Positions 63,460-64,000 of a stretch of 64,000 nt of DNA are shown here, piece after piece. The notes under the pieces were generated by a model. That model had not been told where the DNA came from, searched no databases, and was given only the letters and a program-made list of their open reading frames with translations. Origin of the DNA: Octopus sinensis (Eukaryota); the NCBI RefSeq assembly GCF_006345805.1, contig NC_043008.1, positions 67,394,001 through 67,458,000 of the forward strand, read 5' to 3'. Numbering within the stretch: the first letter of the stretch is position 1; each line of letters starts with the position of its first letter. The position numbers were made by a program, and so were the translations under genes.

Positions 63460-64000
63460 ACCAGTTATTTTCCCGATTTTTGTGTTTTCCAGAGCTCTTT
63501 CTACCCTACTTCTTAGTAGTTAAGATTCTTTCTCAAACATTAAATTTGTGTCAAACACGGCAGCCATTGTATATTATTGAAAATTAAGAGACATATCAAG
63601 ACAATAAATAACTATAAGGACTTTCGTTGACAGAGAAATCTCATGTTTGGTGGGGGAATATTACGGATGTAATTTTTACAAAACCTATCAACATTAAAAA
63701 AAATTAAAATTGCATGGTGGTAAAAATGTGTCAACCCTATATAATGCTCCGACAATGTCAGCATTTACAGGGCATTTAAAATATATGTGCCAACATGTTT
63801 GCTAACGTCTACGAAGTCCCTAAGACCATCGATACCATACTGACATCAAAATATATATAGGCGTGCTGTATAAGCCAAATAAAGTCATCTTAAAATAGTA
63901 AGGATTTTCTAGTTTATAAAATATTTTCTTTATTTGTATTCTTGAAGCCGATTAGGCGAAACTTTAAAGTCAGTTATCTTTTAAAATAAATAAATAATAC

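Overview
AT-rich, repeat-dense animal genomic DNA, most likely an octopus (inferred from the SINE families and microsatellite landscape, not proven). One host gene dominates the window: a minus-strand adhesion GPCR that I could splice by hand through 13 GT-AG exons (56657 down to 18016) into one uninterrupted frame of about 674 aa (HRM - GAIN - GPS with intact HL/T site - 7TM - short tail). Its N-terminal exons are unresolved; a ~915-bp (ACT/ACA)n tract just upstream may encode a Thr-rich mucin stalk. The rest is transposon debris and microsatellites: a near-complete R4/Dong-type RLE retrotransposon inside (AAT)n plus older relatives, HERO-type and CR1-type LINE fragments, DD34D/DD37D/DD41D Tc1-mariner relics, two non-autonomous Helitrons, a Penelope GIY-YIG fragment and many tRNA-derived SINEs. 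The most striking unannotated signal is a set of hammerhead-ribozyme (HHR) motifs of the minimal, palindromic-stem-III type known from Penelope-like elements (PLEs). One family joins a tRNA-like Pol III head to an (AAT)n linker and an HHR tail (4 copies), and several HHR loci sit in long inverted duplications. All RNA folds and splice sites were derived by eye and are untested.
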